Shown: in pieces, positions 1-12,100 of the stretch | Layout: every line of letters begins with the position of its first letter | How positions within the stretch are numbered: position 1 is the stretch's first letter | DNA from: Malacoraja senta | Taxonomy: Eukaryota | Length of the DNA stretch: 64,000 nt | Direction of reading: 5' to 3' | NCBI GenBank assembly: GCA_038087875.1 | Contig: CM075990.1 | Span: forward strand, 12,092,001-12,156,000 | Notes under the pieces: generated by a model | What the model was told of the DNA's origin: nothing | What the model saw: only the letters and a program-made list of their open reading frames with translations | Database searches by the model: none | Program-made: the position numbers and the translations under genes

Positions 1-630
1 TTTTGTCGAGGTATGAGTTGATCTGTGCCATGATCAGCCTCCCAAAGCACTTCATCACCACAGACGTTAGTGCCACTGGTCGATAGTCATTGAGGCACGT
101 CACCTTGCTCTTCTTAGGCACCGGTATAATTGATGCCCTTTTAAAGCAGGTGGGAACCTCAGGCCTCAGAAGTGAGAGGTTGAAAATGTCTGTAAATACT
201 CCGGCCAGTTGGTCTGCACAGGTTTTTAAATCACGCCCGGGTATACCATCAGGTCCAGGCGCTTTCCGAGGGTTCATTCACCCTTCTGAAGGATCTTCTG
301 ACGTCGGCCTCTGTGACTGTGACCGAAATGCCATCACGGTGAATGGGGGCTCGGGAAGGCACATCAATGTTCTCCCTATCAAAGCGTGCGTAGAACGCAT
401 TGAGCTCGTCAGGGAGTGATGCTTCGCTGACATTTGAGCTACCTCCTGATTTCGCCTTGTAGGAGGTGATTGCATTCAGGCCCCGCCACAGTTGCCGAAC
501 ATCTGTCTCATCCTCCAGCTTAGAGCAAAAGTCCCTTTTGGCCTTTTTGATGGCCTTATCAAGGTAGTATCTGATCTTCTTGTAGACCTCTGTATCTCCG
601 GACCTGAATGCCCGGGATCTGGTCTGCAGA
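1..630 (-). mobile_element. Rex1/Babar-type LINE fragment (RT region, frameshifted), running off the window edge
   Basis: Minus strand encodes LPDELNAFYARFD...VRRSFRRVN, then after a frameshift [10 protein letters not shown]...[16 protein letters not shown]. Confidence 0.8.
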
Positions 631-658
631 AGAAAGCGGAGAAGAAGAAGTCTGGGTA

Positions 659-941
659 TAGTTTCGAGATACAGCACGGAAACCGGCACTTCGGCCCACC
701 GAGACCGCGCCGACCAGCGATCCCCGCACACTAACACTATCCTACACACACTAGGGACAATTTACAATTTTACCAAGCCAATTAACCGACAAACCTGTAC
801 GTCTTTGGAATGTGGGAGGAACCCGGAGCTCCCGGAGAAAACCCACGTAGGTCGCGGGGAAACATACAAACAGACTGCACCCGTAGTCAGAATCGAACAC
901 TCGACTCTGGCGCTGTAAGGCAGCAACTCCACCACTGTGCC
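659..941 (-). mobile_element. tRNA-derived V-SINE (HE1-like)
   Basis: A/B-box-like head, CTCCGGGTTCCTCCCACA core and CR1-like 3' end; same family as 41793-42118. Confidence 0.8.
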
Positions 942-2888
942 AAGTAGAATAAAACAGGATGAGTGTAATTGGGCATTTGATAGTCTGAACTTGGTGGGCC
1001 ACAGGGCCAGCTTCCACGCTGTGTAACTGTGGAACCATCTCCTTCCATGAAAGCCACTCGTTATTCAGGAAGACTTTAACTACACTTATCATTACTGATA
1101 CTGGTCTCTTACTGCAGATCAAATTAATTACTTGAATTTAAATGTTCAAGCTGCTGTTTGGGAATATAAACTCTTCTCTGGATGAAACGTATAGCCTTTA
1201 GACATTAACCACTCTGCCAACGTAGCCCTATTTGAATAAACATTGGCATTGGTACAGGAATTAACAAATAATTAAAGGTAATAATTAAATAATTGCCCAT
1301 GTAATCAGTTCCAGTTGTTTTATCGCAAAGCAGAGCAAGTTTCCTCGGTCCCATTTCTCGCCTCGATAATCTACTCGCCATTTCTTGCCTCGATAATCTA
1401 CTCATCTGCCTCGATGGGTTAACCACTATGACTATTTGAGCTCTGATGTGAACCTGGGCTGATCGACCATGAAGACATTTGAATTGTTTCACCGGAGGTA
1501 AACAATTCACAAGCGCTGGGCATTTCCGAGGATACTTGACGAGATCAAAGTGCCGTCAACACGAAGGATGATCGCGATTTAACTTCCTCGGCATCGGCCC
1601 ATGTCATCTGTCAGAAGTAATGAACAAATAGAAACATTTGCGTTCGCCCGCAGCCCTTTTTGATGTTTGGTTGGAAGTGTGAGGCTCTGCGGTGCGGCAC
1701 TTCACCGCTTGTTTGCCTGGTTAATTACTCCATCCTTTCCCACAAGGACCGGCTGTAGACTAGCTAGCTTCCAGCCTTCCATTAAATATGCAGGCAAACT
1801 CCCTACTGCTCCCTGGGCAATTTGCGAGGGAAAAAGAGAGAGCGGGTCTATTTTGAAATACTCAGTGGAAACAATCTCAGGTTAACACCACATTCCCATG
1901 TAGAAAGTCAGCAACATCTGATTCATTCACTGGCTCTTGGATTACCCGGCCAGAGCAATTTGTTATCCACCCTCAACACTGCGGAGCAACCGCCGGTGAA
2001 ATATGTAAGAAAGAACTGCAGATGCTGGTTTAAATCGAAGGTAGACTCAAAATGCTGGAGTAACTCAGCGGGTGAGGCAGCATCCGACGTCGCCCATTCC
2101 TTCTCTCCAGAGGTGCTGCCTCACCCGCTGAGTTCCACCAGCATTTTGTGTCTGCCGCCGGTGAAGAAATGTTTTATACCACTGCCGCCACTGATTATTT
2201 GATTATTATTGCCTGCTGATAAGGTTGTTTGTGAGTTTTGGAGGTTTAATTGGCTTGTTGGGCCCTGTGCCTGGAGCCCACCGAGGTACAGGAGCCTGAG
2301 ATCTGTTACATCCAGGTTCAGGAACAGCTCCTTCCCCACAGCCATCAGCCTATTAAACTCACCAGCAAACAGAGTCTGAACTGTAGCAGCCTATTGCACT
2401 TTATCTGCTTATTTATGTGTATATTAAACTGAACTGTTCTGTATTTTTGCTTACAATACACTGTTGTGCTGCAGCAAAGCAAGAATTTCATTGTCCTATC
2501 TGGGACACATGACAATAAACTCTCTTCACGACTTGAGTTGATCAGATGCTGGTGTCGGTCCATGGAGTTCAGATTTGGAGCTGGATGGACCATTCACACT
2601 TGCCCCACAGTTCTCCAAGATTAGGGCTGCAGTGCATTTCAGAACTCCACCTCCTGGGTGAAAAAACACATCCCGACTCTCTTAACCATTTGGGTTGCAA
2701 TTAATTGGCTGTTCTTCCTTAGTCTGTTGCCTTGTTTACTCAACTCTCTGCTTAAATAGATAGGAAGGATCTATTCTCATTCTTGTGTGGGAAGGAACTG
2801 CAGATGCTGGTTTACACTGAAGATAGACACAACATGCTGGAACCAATTGGGAGAACTTCGGCACCATTGTACTGTCTCATTCCATGAC

Positions 2889-3259
2889 TTAAGGGGTTGG
2901 ACAGGCTAGATGCAGGAAGATTATTCCCGATGTTGGGGAAGTCCAGAACTAGGGGTCACAGTTTAAGGATAAGAGGGAAGACTTTTAGGACCGAGATGAG
3001 GAAATCATTTTTTACACAGAGAGTGGTGAATCTGTGGAATTCTCTGCCACAGAAGGTAGTTGAGGCCAGTTCATTGGCTATATTTAAGAGGGAGTTAGAT
3101 GTGGCCCTTGTGGCTAAAGGGATCAGGGGGTATGGAGAGAAGGCAGGGATGGGATACTGAGTTGGATGATCAGCCATGATCATATCAAATGGCGGTGCAG
3201 GCTCGAAGGGCCGAATGGCCTACTCCTGCACGTATTTTCTATGTTTCTATGTTTCTATG
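2889..3259 (+). mobile_element. CR1 LINE 3' fragment
   Basis: Encodes the RT C-terminus (RTRGHSLRI...FFTQRVVNLWNSLP), followed by a 3' UTR and a (CTATGTTT)n tail. Confidence 0.88.
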
Positions 3260-4262
3260 ACCATTGCTTCATCAAATATCCAAAAAGCTGTTGATGCATC
3301 TACTCAGAGACTGAATCAGTCTGAAGAAGGGTCTTGACCTTCTCTCCAGAGATGCTGCCTGTCCCGCTGAGTTACTCCAACATTGTGTCGTCTATCTTCG
3401 GTTTAAACCAGCATCTGCAGTTCCTTCCTCACTCAGTGACCAAATCTCCACAGGCCTTGAGGGGAGAGAATTCCAAAGTTCCCTACCCTTTGAGCCATAA
3501 GGAATTATTTTAAAGATTGCAAGCCTTAGTTTTAGCCTCGTCAGCCAGGGGAGGCCGCTTTATGTTCCGATGAGGTTGCTGCTCAATATTTAAAAAGTGG
3601 AATTCTTTGCCACAGAAGGCTGTGGAGGCCAAGTCAGGAGTGGATATTTTTAATAGACAATAGGTGAAGTAGGAGGCCATTTGGCCCTTTGAGCCAGCAC
3701 CGCCATTCAATGTGATCATGGCTGATCATCCACAATCAGTACCCTGTTCCTGCCTTCTCCCCATATCCCTTGACTCCACTATTTTTAAGAGTATCTAACT
3801 CTCTCTTGGAAGTATCCAGAGAACCGGCCTCCACCGCCCTCTGAGGCAGAGAATTCCACAGACTCACAACTCTCTGTGTAAAAAAAGTATTTCCTCATCT
3901 CCGTTCTAAATGGCTTAGACAGAGATAGATAGATTCTTGATTAGTACGGGTGTCAGAGGTTATGGGGAGAAGGTGGGAGAATGGGGCTAGGAGGGAGAGA
4001 TAGATCAGCCATGATTGAATGGCCGAGTAGACTTGATGGGCCGAATGGACTAATGCTACTATCACTTATGACCTTCCGGTTGCGACATGCTCTGCTAGCA
4101 GTCGCAAACTTTTTAGCTCCGCTGAAAAAATCGCGATTTTTCGCGTTAAAATCGGGTCTGGAGGTCGGGACCGTTTTTAAAAACTTACCGGAGCTTCATG
4201 TCGCGGTGCTGATGACGTCATCAGTAAGCGCCGCGATTTTAACGGAGGGAAAGTCATTTTAA

Positions 4263-5258
4263 ATGAAAAGTACATCTCCAGGTCAGAGCCCACAGAGGAA
4301 AATCTCAAAACATCTGCTAAAGACTCTGGAACAGCAAGAAACTTCAGAACTGACCTCTGGAGAGGTCTCTGGAATGGCTACTCGATCTGCAAAAGAGAAA
4401 ACCGAAATGGAGGACTTAAGAAACTCGGTAAGAGATATCAAAAATGATATGGAAGCTGGGAACAGTAAATTGATAGCCGGTAATGATAAAATACTTGAGG
4501 GTATTGAGGCTCTCCAAAAAAGAATTGAAGGTGTGGAAAAAGGACTATCGATAAAAATTGAAAAGGTGGCAGAAGAGACCACAAAGATGTTTGAGGCTGT
4601 GCACGAAACTGTGGCTGCAAATGCATCTGCAGTGAATGATTTGGAAGCTGCTGTGGAAGTGATGGCTGGAGAGATGCAGACTATGAAGTCAGAAATAGAT
4701 AGTCTCAAGAACCAAGTCACAAAGGTTTCGAATAAATGTGTTGACCTAGAAGCTCGCTCAAGACGTCAAAATATAAGAATACGTGGTGTAAAAGAGGGAG
4801 CTGAGGGGGACAATGTTTGTGAGTTCGCTGCCAACCTAATTAAACACGTACTGAAGCTACCAGAAGTACCTGTAATTGAAGTAGCACATCGACTCCCCAG
4901 ATTTAAATCAAGATCTCAAGGAGAACGTGCCTACCCACGACAGATCATAATTAAACTTCGGGATATCTCAACAATGGAAGCGCTGATGAAAAAAATCAAC
5001 CACGGAGAGAAGATGATGTACAGAGGTGATACTATTAAACTCCTACGGGACTACCCTTATGAGATTGAGCAAAAGAGAAGAAAGTTCTCACAGACCAGAG
5101 AAGTTCTTTATGGTGTTAAGGGAGTTTTGTGTGGAGTGTTTTACCCGGCTAGAATGCGTATCACCTTTGAGGGAGTGTCAAAAACATTCACTAATTCGGA
5201 TGAATCTCTCAAATACGCTCAAGAAATCGCGACTAAGGCTGCATCAACTGGAGACTGA
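4263..5258 (+). CDS. L1 ORF1p (coiled coil + RRM + CTD)
   Basis: 331-aa open frame with a heptad-rich N-terminal half and L1 ORF1 motifs DLEARSRRQNIRIRG, AHR and YPARMRI. Confidence 0.92.
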   Translation: MKSTSPGQSPQRKISKHLLKTLEQQETSELTSGEVSGMATRSAKEKTEMEDLRNSVRDIKNDMEAGNSKLIAGNDKILEGIEALQKRIEGVEKGLSIKIEKVAEETTKMFEAVHETVAANASAVNDLEAAVEVMAGEMQTMKSEIDSLKNQVTKVSNKCVDLEARSRRQNIRIRGVKEGAEGDNVCEFAANLIKHVLKLPEVPVIEVAHRLPRFKSRSQGERAYPRQIIIKLRDISTMEALMKKINHGEKMMYRGDTIKLLRDYPYEIEQKRRKFSQTREVLYGVKGVLCGVFYPARMRITFEGVSKTFTNSDESLKYAQEIATKAASTGD

Positions 5259-5509
5259 AAACCAAGACGACATGAACAAATGAACTTGCTTATTCTTCCA
5301 ACAAGAATATCACAAGGAAAGTGAATTAACTGAACACTGATTTTTTATTTTTTATTTGACTTCAAGCAACAGATTCTTAGTGAGACGTGGCTAGACATTA
5401 TTATCTTCGCTGGAACATTGTGCTATGTAATTCAAGGACACTACGTGCTCAAACGAGGAAAACCTGATAACGGGACGAACTGCTGGGCTGAGAGTGAAAA
5501 ACATCACAT

Positions 5510-6078
5510 GGCTTATATTGTTTATAAAAAACTGAAAAAACTGAGAACTAATAATAATTAACAATTAACAATACTAATATAGAAATAGCAATTGAAATAG
5601 ATAAAAAATGTGCAGTCTGCTCTGTTTAGCAGATAACAGCAAGTGCTATGCAGCTCGAGAGTGGAGGGAGGGGGAGACCGGGTACCTGGCATAACTCCAG
5701 GAGCCAGACTCCCGTTAACCCTTCCAGCGAACAGCTCATTTTTAACAATATTAAAATCAATTTAAAATAGTTAAGAGATAATATACACTCGAGGTTGATA
5801 TGAAAAATATATACGGCTTATATAGTTTTACAAAATGCTGAGAATTAATCATAATTAATAATTAACAATACTAATATAGAAATAATATTTGAAACTGATA
5901 AAACTGTGGTGCCTGCGTCATAACGCAGACAGCAGTTATCACCTATGTTCACAGCTCGTGGAGAGGAGAAGAGATCAGGCACCTGGCACAATTCCAGGAA
6001 CCTGACTCCGGTTAATCCACTCAGTAAACCGCTCACTTTAACAATACTAAATTCATTTTAAAATAGTTAAGAGATAAA
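5510..6078 (+). repeat. Diverged tandem duplication of about 300 bp in the L1 inter-ORF spacer
   Basis: Units at about 5510-5780 and 5815-6078 share AATTAACAATACTAATATAGAAATA, CCTGGCA...TCCAGGA and TTTAAAATAGTTAAGAGATAA. Confidence 0.85.
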
Positions 6079-6468
6079 GAGTGAGTAGGATATGGAATCG
6101 AATACATTTGACATATATATAAATTGTAACTGGGTGAAATAGAACTGAATTGGAAACGGTAATGACCCCATAGATTTTGGGTAATAAATACAGCGGGGCT
6201 AACTTTATACCAACTACGCCGGAAGCGTTATGGATGTCGTACCCCACAGACGAGTGGGCCACTCACTACGGTGTTGAAATTTTAGACACCGTAAATTTAT
6301 TTGATTTATATATATATTTTTTTTTAATCACAATATGTCACATCTGTGTGTTTTTTCTTCAAGGACAATCGCGCAGGAGAACTACCAAGGAAGTCTATAA
6401 TAGAAATACTCCCAAAATAACCAGAGTCCGGAGGTATGAACGCACCACAATAATTAAGGTCATTAAAA

Positions 6469-9400
6469 TTGGTAAAAATGCATGACGACAATCAAAAGAA
6501 AATAGGAGGAATCACATTATGTAGTTGGAATATAAGGGGGATTAATGAACCTATTAAAAGGGGCAAGATACTAGCTCAGTTGAAATCATACAACACGGAC
6601 ATAGCGTTTCTACAGGAAACACATCTTAAACAGCAAGATCAGACAAGACTGAGGGCGAACTGGATAGGCCAAACATTTCACTCTTCATTTACCTCCAAAT
6701 CTAGAGGTACTGCAATTATTATTCGTAAAGGAATTCCATTTAAATCAAAGAACACTATTTTAGATAAGGAAGGGAGATATCTTATAGTAGCAGGGGAGAT
6801 CAATAATATGCCAATTACGCTGGTAAACATATATGCGCCCAACTTTGATAACCCTCAATTTTTTAATAAAATTCTGAATATAATTGCAGAATCTAATTAT
6901 CAAAATGTTATAATCGGAGGAGATTTTAATTGTGTTTTAGATCCTTATTTAGATAAATCGATGCAAAAACAAAAAGGTCAGACGAAATCTAAAACCAGTG
7001 AACTCTTACACACATATATGGAAAACACAAATATAACAGATGTATGGAGGATTGCAAACCCGACGGGAAGGGATTACTCGTTTTATTCAATGGTGCATAA
7101 AACATATTCACGGATAGACTATTTTCTAGTGGATACAAAATTAATTTCGCAATCTCTGAATCCTAAATATCATATTAATGCGATCTCAGATCACTCTCCG
7201 TTAACTTTTGTTCTAAAACTAGAAGGAATGTCTATGAATAAACCGTTCTGGAGGTTTAACTCACAAATTTTAAAAGACCCTCAAGGGAGTATCTATCTAA
7301 AAAAACAGATGGATCTATTTTTTGAGTTAAATGATACACCAGAGATATCCCCCACGTTATTATGGGAATCCTTCAAAGCATTTATAAGAGGAGTCATTAT
7401 TTCATTTCAAGCTTATCAAAATAAAAAGAATAAGAATGAACAAAGACACTTAGAAGATCAAATAAAACAGTTAGATATAGATAATGCTAAAGACCCAACT
7501 ATGGATAAACATAATAAAATACTACTACTGAAATTTCAGTTAAATAAATTACTGTCAGAGAAAGTTATAACATTATTTCAAATCACAAAACAAGAACACT
7601 TCGAATTCGGGGACAAACCCCACAAACTTCTAGCACGACAACTTAAAAAACGGGAAAAAGAGAATGCAATATTAAAGATTAAATCAGATAGAGGGGAAGT
7701 ATTAACACTACCCAAGGATATTAATAAAAGATTTGCTCAATTTTACCAGAATCTATACACATCTAAAACGTCAATAGACAATAATAAAATCTCAGAATTT
7801 TTAGATAATTGTAATCTACCACAATTAGAACGCAGGGAACAAGAGGAACTGGGAGCACAAATTACTTCTAAGGAGATAGAAGACACAATAAAAACACTAA
7901 AAAATGGAAAAACACCAGGACCAGACGGATTCAGTAATGAATTTTATAAATCTTTTTATGATATAGTTACTCCACGATTACAAAAAATGTATACATATGC
8001 TTATAAAGAGCAAAACCTACCTGAAACACTAGCGGAATCAACGATCATATTAATACTTAAAAAAGATAAAAATATAGAAGAACCAGGATCATATAGAGCT
8101 ATTGCTTTGTTAAATACGGATCAGAAAATAATAGCAAAAACATTAGCCAATAGATTAAGCAAGTATGTTAGTAGTCTAATACATGAGGATCAAACAGGAT
8201 TTATACCTAAGAGACACTCATTTAATAATTTGAGACGTTTGCTTAACATAATGCATTCACATAAATCTTATGACCAAGAGTTAGCTATCATCTCACTGGA
8301 CGCAGAAAAAGCGTTTGATCAAGTAGAATGGGACTATATGATCAAAGTATTGCAAAAATTCCAATTGGGAGAAAACTTTATTGCATGGATAAAACTACTA
8401 TATAACAAACCTACGGCTAGAATACTAACTAATAATATATTATCTTCAAAATTCGAATTATCTAGGGGCAACAGACAAGGATGTTCACTATCACCGCTGT
8501 TATTTGCTTTGGTAATTGAACCCCTTGCTGAAAAAATAAGAACACACTCGAATATTCACGGTTATAACACAAAATATTCAAACAACAAACTATCCCTATA
8601 TGCTGATGATGTACTACTGTACATCACAAAACCACAAATTAGTATACCAAATATATTAAACTTAATTGAGGACTTTGGATCCTTTTCAGGATATAGAATA
8701 AATTGGAACAAAAGTGAAATTATGTCGATTAAACCAAAAGACTCAACACATCTCAGGAAATTCCCTTTTAAAATAGCTATGGAAAAATTCAAATATTTAG
8801 GAATTGAGATTACTAGAAATTACCATGATATGTTTAAAGCTAATTATAATCCCCTACTTAAGAAATTAAATAATCTGATTAAATTTTGGAAAACACTTCC
8901 GATGTCCTTAATAGGTAGGATAAATGCTATAAAAATGATTTTCTTACCACAAATCCTTTACCTATTTCAATCAATACCTATATATCTCCCAAAAAAGTTT
9001 TTCAAAAAACTGGACTCAGACATTACAAATTTTATATGGGATTACAAATCCCACAGAATACAAAGAACACACCTTAACAAACGAAAAGAGTTGGGGGGTC
9101 TAGCGCTCCCTAACTTTATGTATTATAACTGGGCAGTAAATATTAAAAATATGATTCACCTGCTGGACAATTCTGCCCAGCAGGTGGACTGGATTAGAAT
9201 GGAAAAAGGGGATTGCTCCCCGAATAATATAGGAGCGATTATTCTCTCTCCAATAAATTTGAATAATAAAAATTATAATAAAAATCCAATTATATATAGC
9301 ACTATTAGAACATGGAAGCAAATAAAACAGAATCTAAAATTAAGAAACCTATCTCTCTTAATACCAATAGTCAATAACCCATCGTTTAAACCTTCAATCA

Positions 9401-10269
9401 TAGATAAAGCATTTATACAATGGGAAAGAATGGGAATTAAAACGCTCGAAGATCTGTATGAATTAGAAAAATTACTATCATTCCAACAACTACAACTGAA
9501 ATATAATTTGAAAAATAATCAATATTTTAAATATATACAAATCTGTGACTATTTGAAAACACACACAAAAGATTATTATAATATGCCTTCCGACTTACTA
9601 GATGAAGCAATGAAGACAAAGGCGGAATCAGTTAATTTAATATCATACTTATATAATATCATCTTAAATATAGAAATACCCACAACAGATGGAATTAGAA
9701 GAGATTGGGAACAAGATCTAGGTATAAAAATTTCAAAAGAGAGTTGGGATAATCATTTATTACAGGTGCATAAATGCTCGATCAACGTACGACATACGCT
9801 TATCCAATTTAAAACATTACATAGATTATATTATTCAAAAACCAAACTAAATAAAATCTTTCCTAACGTCTCACCAATCTGTGATAAATGTATATGTCAA
9901 GAAGCTACCATAGCACATTCTTTTGTTTTTTGTACAAAAATCCAAAAATTCTGGTTTGAAATATTTGATATTTTTTCAAAATTAATCAAAATAAAACTGG
10001 TACCAAAACCAGAATGGATTATTTTTGGAATATCGGAAGGTATTCCTGAATTAAACGTGTATCAGAAGAATTTACTCAATTATGGGCTAATAATGGGAAA
10101 AAAGCTTATACTTAAATTCTGGAAAAATGCGCCCACACCAACAATAAAAATGTGGACATCAAATATGTTGGAAACATTACATCTGGAAGAGATGAGATTC
10201 CTCCTAGTAGGCAAAGTAGATCAATTTCAAAAGACGTGGTCTACGTTTTTGGACCTATTACAAGCATGA
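6469..10269 (+). CDS. L1 ORF2p (APE endonuclease, reverse transcriptase, CCHC domain)
   Basis: 1266-aa open frame (first ATG at 6478). Endonuclease motifs SWNIRG, LQETH, GGDFN, RIDY, SDH. RT motifs PGPDG, LDAEKAFD, QGCSLSPLLF, YADD, YLG. C-terminal CDKC...HSFVFC. Confidence 0.96.
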   Translation: MVKMHDDNQKKIGGITLCSWNIRGINEPIKRGKILAQLKSYNTDIAFLQETHLKQQDQTRLRANWIGQTFHSSFTSKSRGTAIIIRKGIPFKSKNTILDKEGRYLIVAGEINNMPITLVNIYAPNFDNPQFFNKILNIIAESNYQNVIIGGDFNCVLDPYLDKSMQKQKGQTKSKTSELLHTYMENTNITDVWRIANPTGRDYSFYSMVHKTYSRIDYFLVDTKLISQSLNPKYHINAISDHSPLTFVLKLEGMSMNKPFWRFNSQILKDPQGSIYLKKQMDLFFELNDTPEISPTLLWESFKAFIRGVIISFQAYQNKKNKNEQRHLEDQIKQLDIDNAKDPTMDKHNKILLLKFQLNKLLSEKVITLFQITKQEHFEFGDKPHKLLARQLKKREKENAILKIKSDRGEVLTLPKDINKRFAQFYQNLYTSKTSIDNNKISEFLDNCNLPQLERREQEELGAQITSKEIEDTIKTLKNGKTPGPDGFSNEFYKSFYDIVTPRLQKMYTYAYKEQNLPETLAESTIILILKKDKNIEEPGSYRAIALLNTDQKIIAKTLANRLSKYVSSLIHEDQTGFIPKRHSFNNLRRLLNIMHSHKSYDQELAIISLDAEKAFDQVEWDYMIKVLQKFQLGENFIAWIKLLYNKPTARILTNNILSSKFELSRGNRQGCSLSPLLFALVIEPLAEKIRTHSNIHGYNTKYSNNKLSLYADDVLLYITKPQISIPNILNLIEDFGSFSGYRINWNKSEIMSIKPKDSTHLRKFPFKIAMEKFKYLGIEITRNYHDMFKANYNPLLKKLNNLIKFWKTLPMSLIGRINAIKMIFLPQILYLFQSIPIYLPKKFFKKLDSDITNFIWDYKSHRIQRTHLNKRKELGGLALPNFMYYNWAVNIKNMIHLLDNSAQQVDWIRMEKGDCSPNNIGAIILSPINLNNKNYNKNPIIYSTIRTWKQIKQNLKLRNLSLLIPIVNNPSFKPSIIDKAFIQWERMGIKTLEDLYELEKLLSFQQLQLKYNLKNNQYFKYIQICDYLKTHTKDYYNMPSDLLDEAMKTKAESVNLISYLYNIILNIEIPTTDGIRRDWEQDLGIKISKESWDNHLLQVHKCSINVRHTLIQFKTLHRLYYSKTKLNKIFPNVSPICDKCICQEATIAHSFVFCTKIQKFWFEIFDIFSKLIKIKLVPKPEWIIFGISEGIPELNVYQKNLLNYGLIMGKKLILKFWKNAPTPTIKMWTSNMLETLHLEEMRFLLVGKVDQFQKTWSTFLDLLQA

Positions 10270-10650
10270 GGTGCAATAGTAATTTAGAAAAACAAATAAA
10301 TAAATAAAAGGTATCTGGACCTGGTAATGGGAGGTAAAATAAAAATAGACTTGGTTGGTAGTTCCTTCTCTATGAAGTATGGTATAAGAGTTATAATAGA
10401 GCGATTGTTCCTTCTTTCTTTTTCTTTTTTTTCTAGGGTCTATTTTCTAACTTTACTTCCTTCTCTAACCTCTTTTCTAAGGGGCTTTCTTTTCCCAACA
10501 CTCTTTTGCACTTCACAACCTTTGTGCACTTTCTTCACTTCTCTTACTTCTTTCTTTTTCTTTCTTAAAGTTTAAAAAAGTGAAGCGGTACAAAAAATGT
10601 ATTAATATATACGTGTTGTACATTACTGTAATCTACCGTACTTCTAAAAA

Positions 10651-10684
<34 letters not shown>

Positions 10685-11887
10685 TATGACCTTAAACTTG
10701 AGGACTCTCCCCAGTTGGAGTTAATACAACCCAGGGTCCAGTCTGGTGATTTCCCTCAGTCGCTCCGCATTGTTCGGCATTCCTGGTGGTCCAGCATCTG
10801 ATTCACCGGGGTACGGCTTCATACCCTCCCCATGGTCCCATTCGGGTACCGTTCCTGCACTCCCTTTAAATGCTCGAGCATACTGTCTCCAGTGCTACTT
10901 TCTACATCCACCAGGGCCCCGATTCCCATGCGACCGTTTATACTCGCTGGAGCCCTCTTGTCCATACTCCCTGGAAACCGCTGTGGTTCACTGAATTGGG
11001 AGAACCAGCAGTGTGAAAGATTTGTCTGTCCAACACAACCAAAGTCCCATGATGCTGGTTTAGCTATGTCCTGATATTGAGACTCATTTGCAAAACAATA
11101 ATGCATTGAAATTGAGCTGTCTTGTCGGCAGTCTTAATGTGGTAGTGAGTTATATCGTAATTTGCAATTTCCAGTCGGACAGCTCCTAACCCATGCTAAT
11201 TGGGGTTTAAGAAGGGTGAGGTGTCGGACATTCTCTTGTGGTTATCATTGGTCACTTTGAGATGATTAGTGTGAACAAATGGGAAAACAGGCACCAGGTG
11301 TTTGCAACCCTACATCTGGGCCAGATGTTTCATTGGTCAGATAAGCTTAGAGCACAAGAGGAGGCTGTTTGTCCCAATGAGTCAGCGCCAGCAGGATCAT
11401 GGACAATCAAGCCTCATCTCATCTAATGTTTCAATTCCTGGGCTGCAGCCCCATTCTCCTGCCTTCTCCCCATTTACCCCTGACACCCAGTACTAATCAA
11501 GAATCTATCTATCACTGCCATAAAAATATCAATTGTCTTATCCCCACAGCTTTCTGTGGCAATGAATTCCACAGATTCACCACCCTCTTACCAAAGAAGT
11601 ATCCAGACCATTGTTCCCAGACTTGCTTGTGTATTCTCTCCAGACCAGAACCAGAGGAATAGCTGGACTAAACCTTCACAGAGTCAGTGAATGCTCAGTA
11701 GATAGCTTCTGTGGATATTGATCTTTCTGGCCAGTGAACTTTCATCTTCCTGTTTCAAATCCTGCAGCACCGGTGCAGAATACTTCAAAAAAACATACAT
11801 ATAATCTGATGCAAGGTCATTGATTCGATATATTAACCATGTTTCAGTCAATGCCTCGACTTGCTGAATACTTCACCGTTTGTCAGC

Positions 11888-12100
11888 GTGTAGGAAGGAA
11901 CTGCAGATGCTGGTTTAAACCGAAGATAGACGCAAAAAGCTGGAGTAACTCAGCGGGACAGGCAGCATCTCTGGTGGGAAGGAATGGGTGACGCTTCGGG
12001 TCGAGGAAGAAAGGTCTCGACCCGAAATGTCACCCATCCCTTCTCTCCAGAGATGCTGCCTGTCCCGCTGAGTTACTCCAGCATTTTGTGTCTATCTACC
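11888..12100. mobile_element. Head-to-head (palindromic) Penelope-derived repeat pair
   Basis: Arms of about 90 bp are near-perfect reverse complements centred on GGGTCGAG...CTCGACCC; same repeat as the Penelope terminus at about 30690-30780. Confidence 0.75.

Larger units (their letters stand above)
4076..10681 (+). mobile_element. Full-length L1-clade non-LTR retrotransposon
   Basis: Short CpG-rich 5' UTR, ORF1, 1.2-kb spacer, ORF2, T-rich 3' UTR, AATAAA and poly(A) at about 10650-10682. TSD ACTTATGACCTT at 4064-4075 and 10682-10693. Inserted into the tail of a CR1 fragment. Confidence 0.95.

Noticed and set aside
1352..1415. 27-bp tandem duplication (CATTTCTCGCCTCGATAATCTACTCGC)
   Set aside because: About 2.3 copies only, consistent with local slippage and with no further structure.
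1522..1539. Codons reading ISEDT, as in CDH23 exon 3
   Set aside because: Followed at once by a stop, with no NRLPFF upstream and no donor. Exons 3 and 7 were not found in the window.
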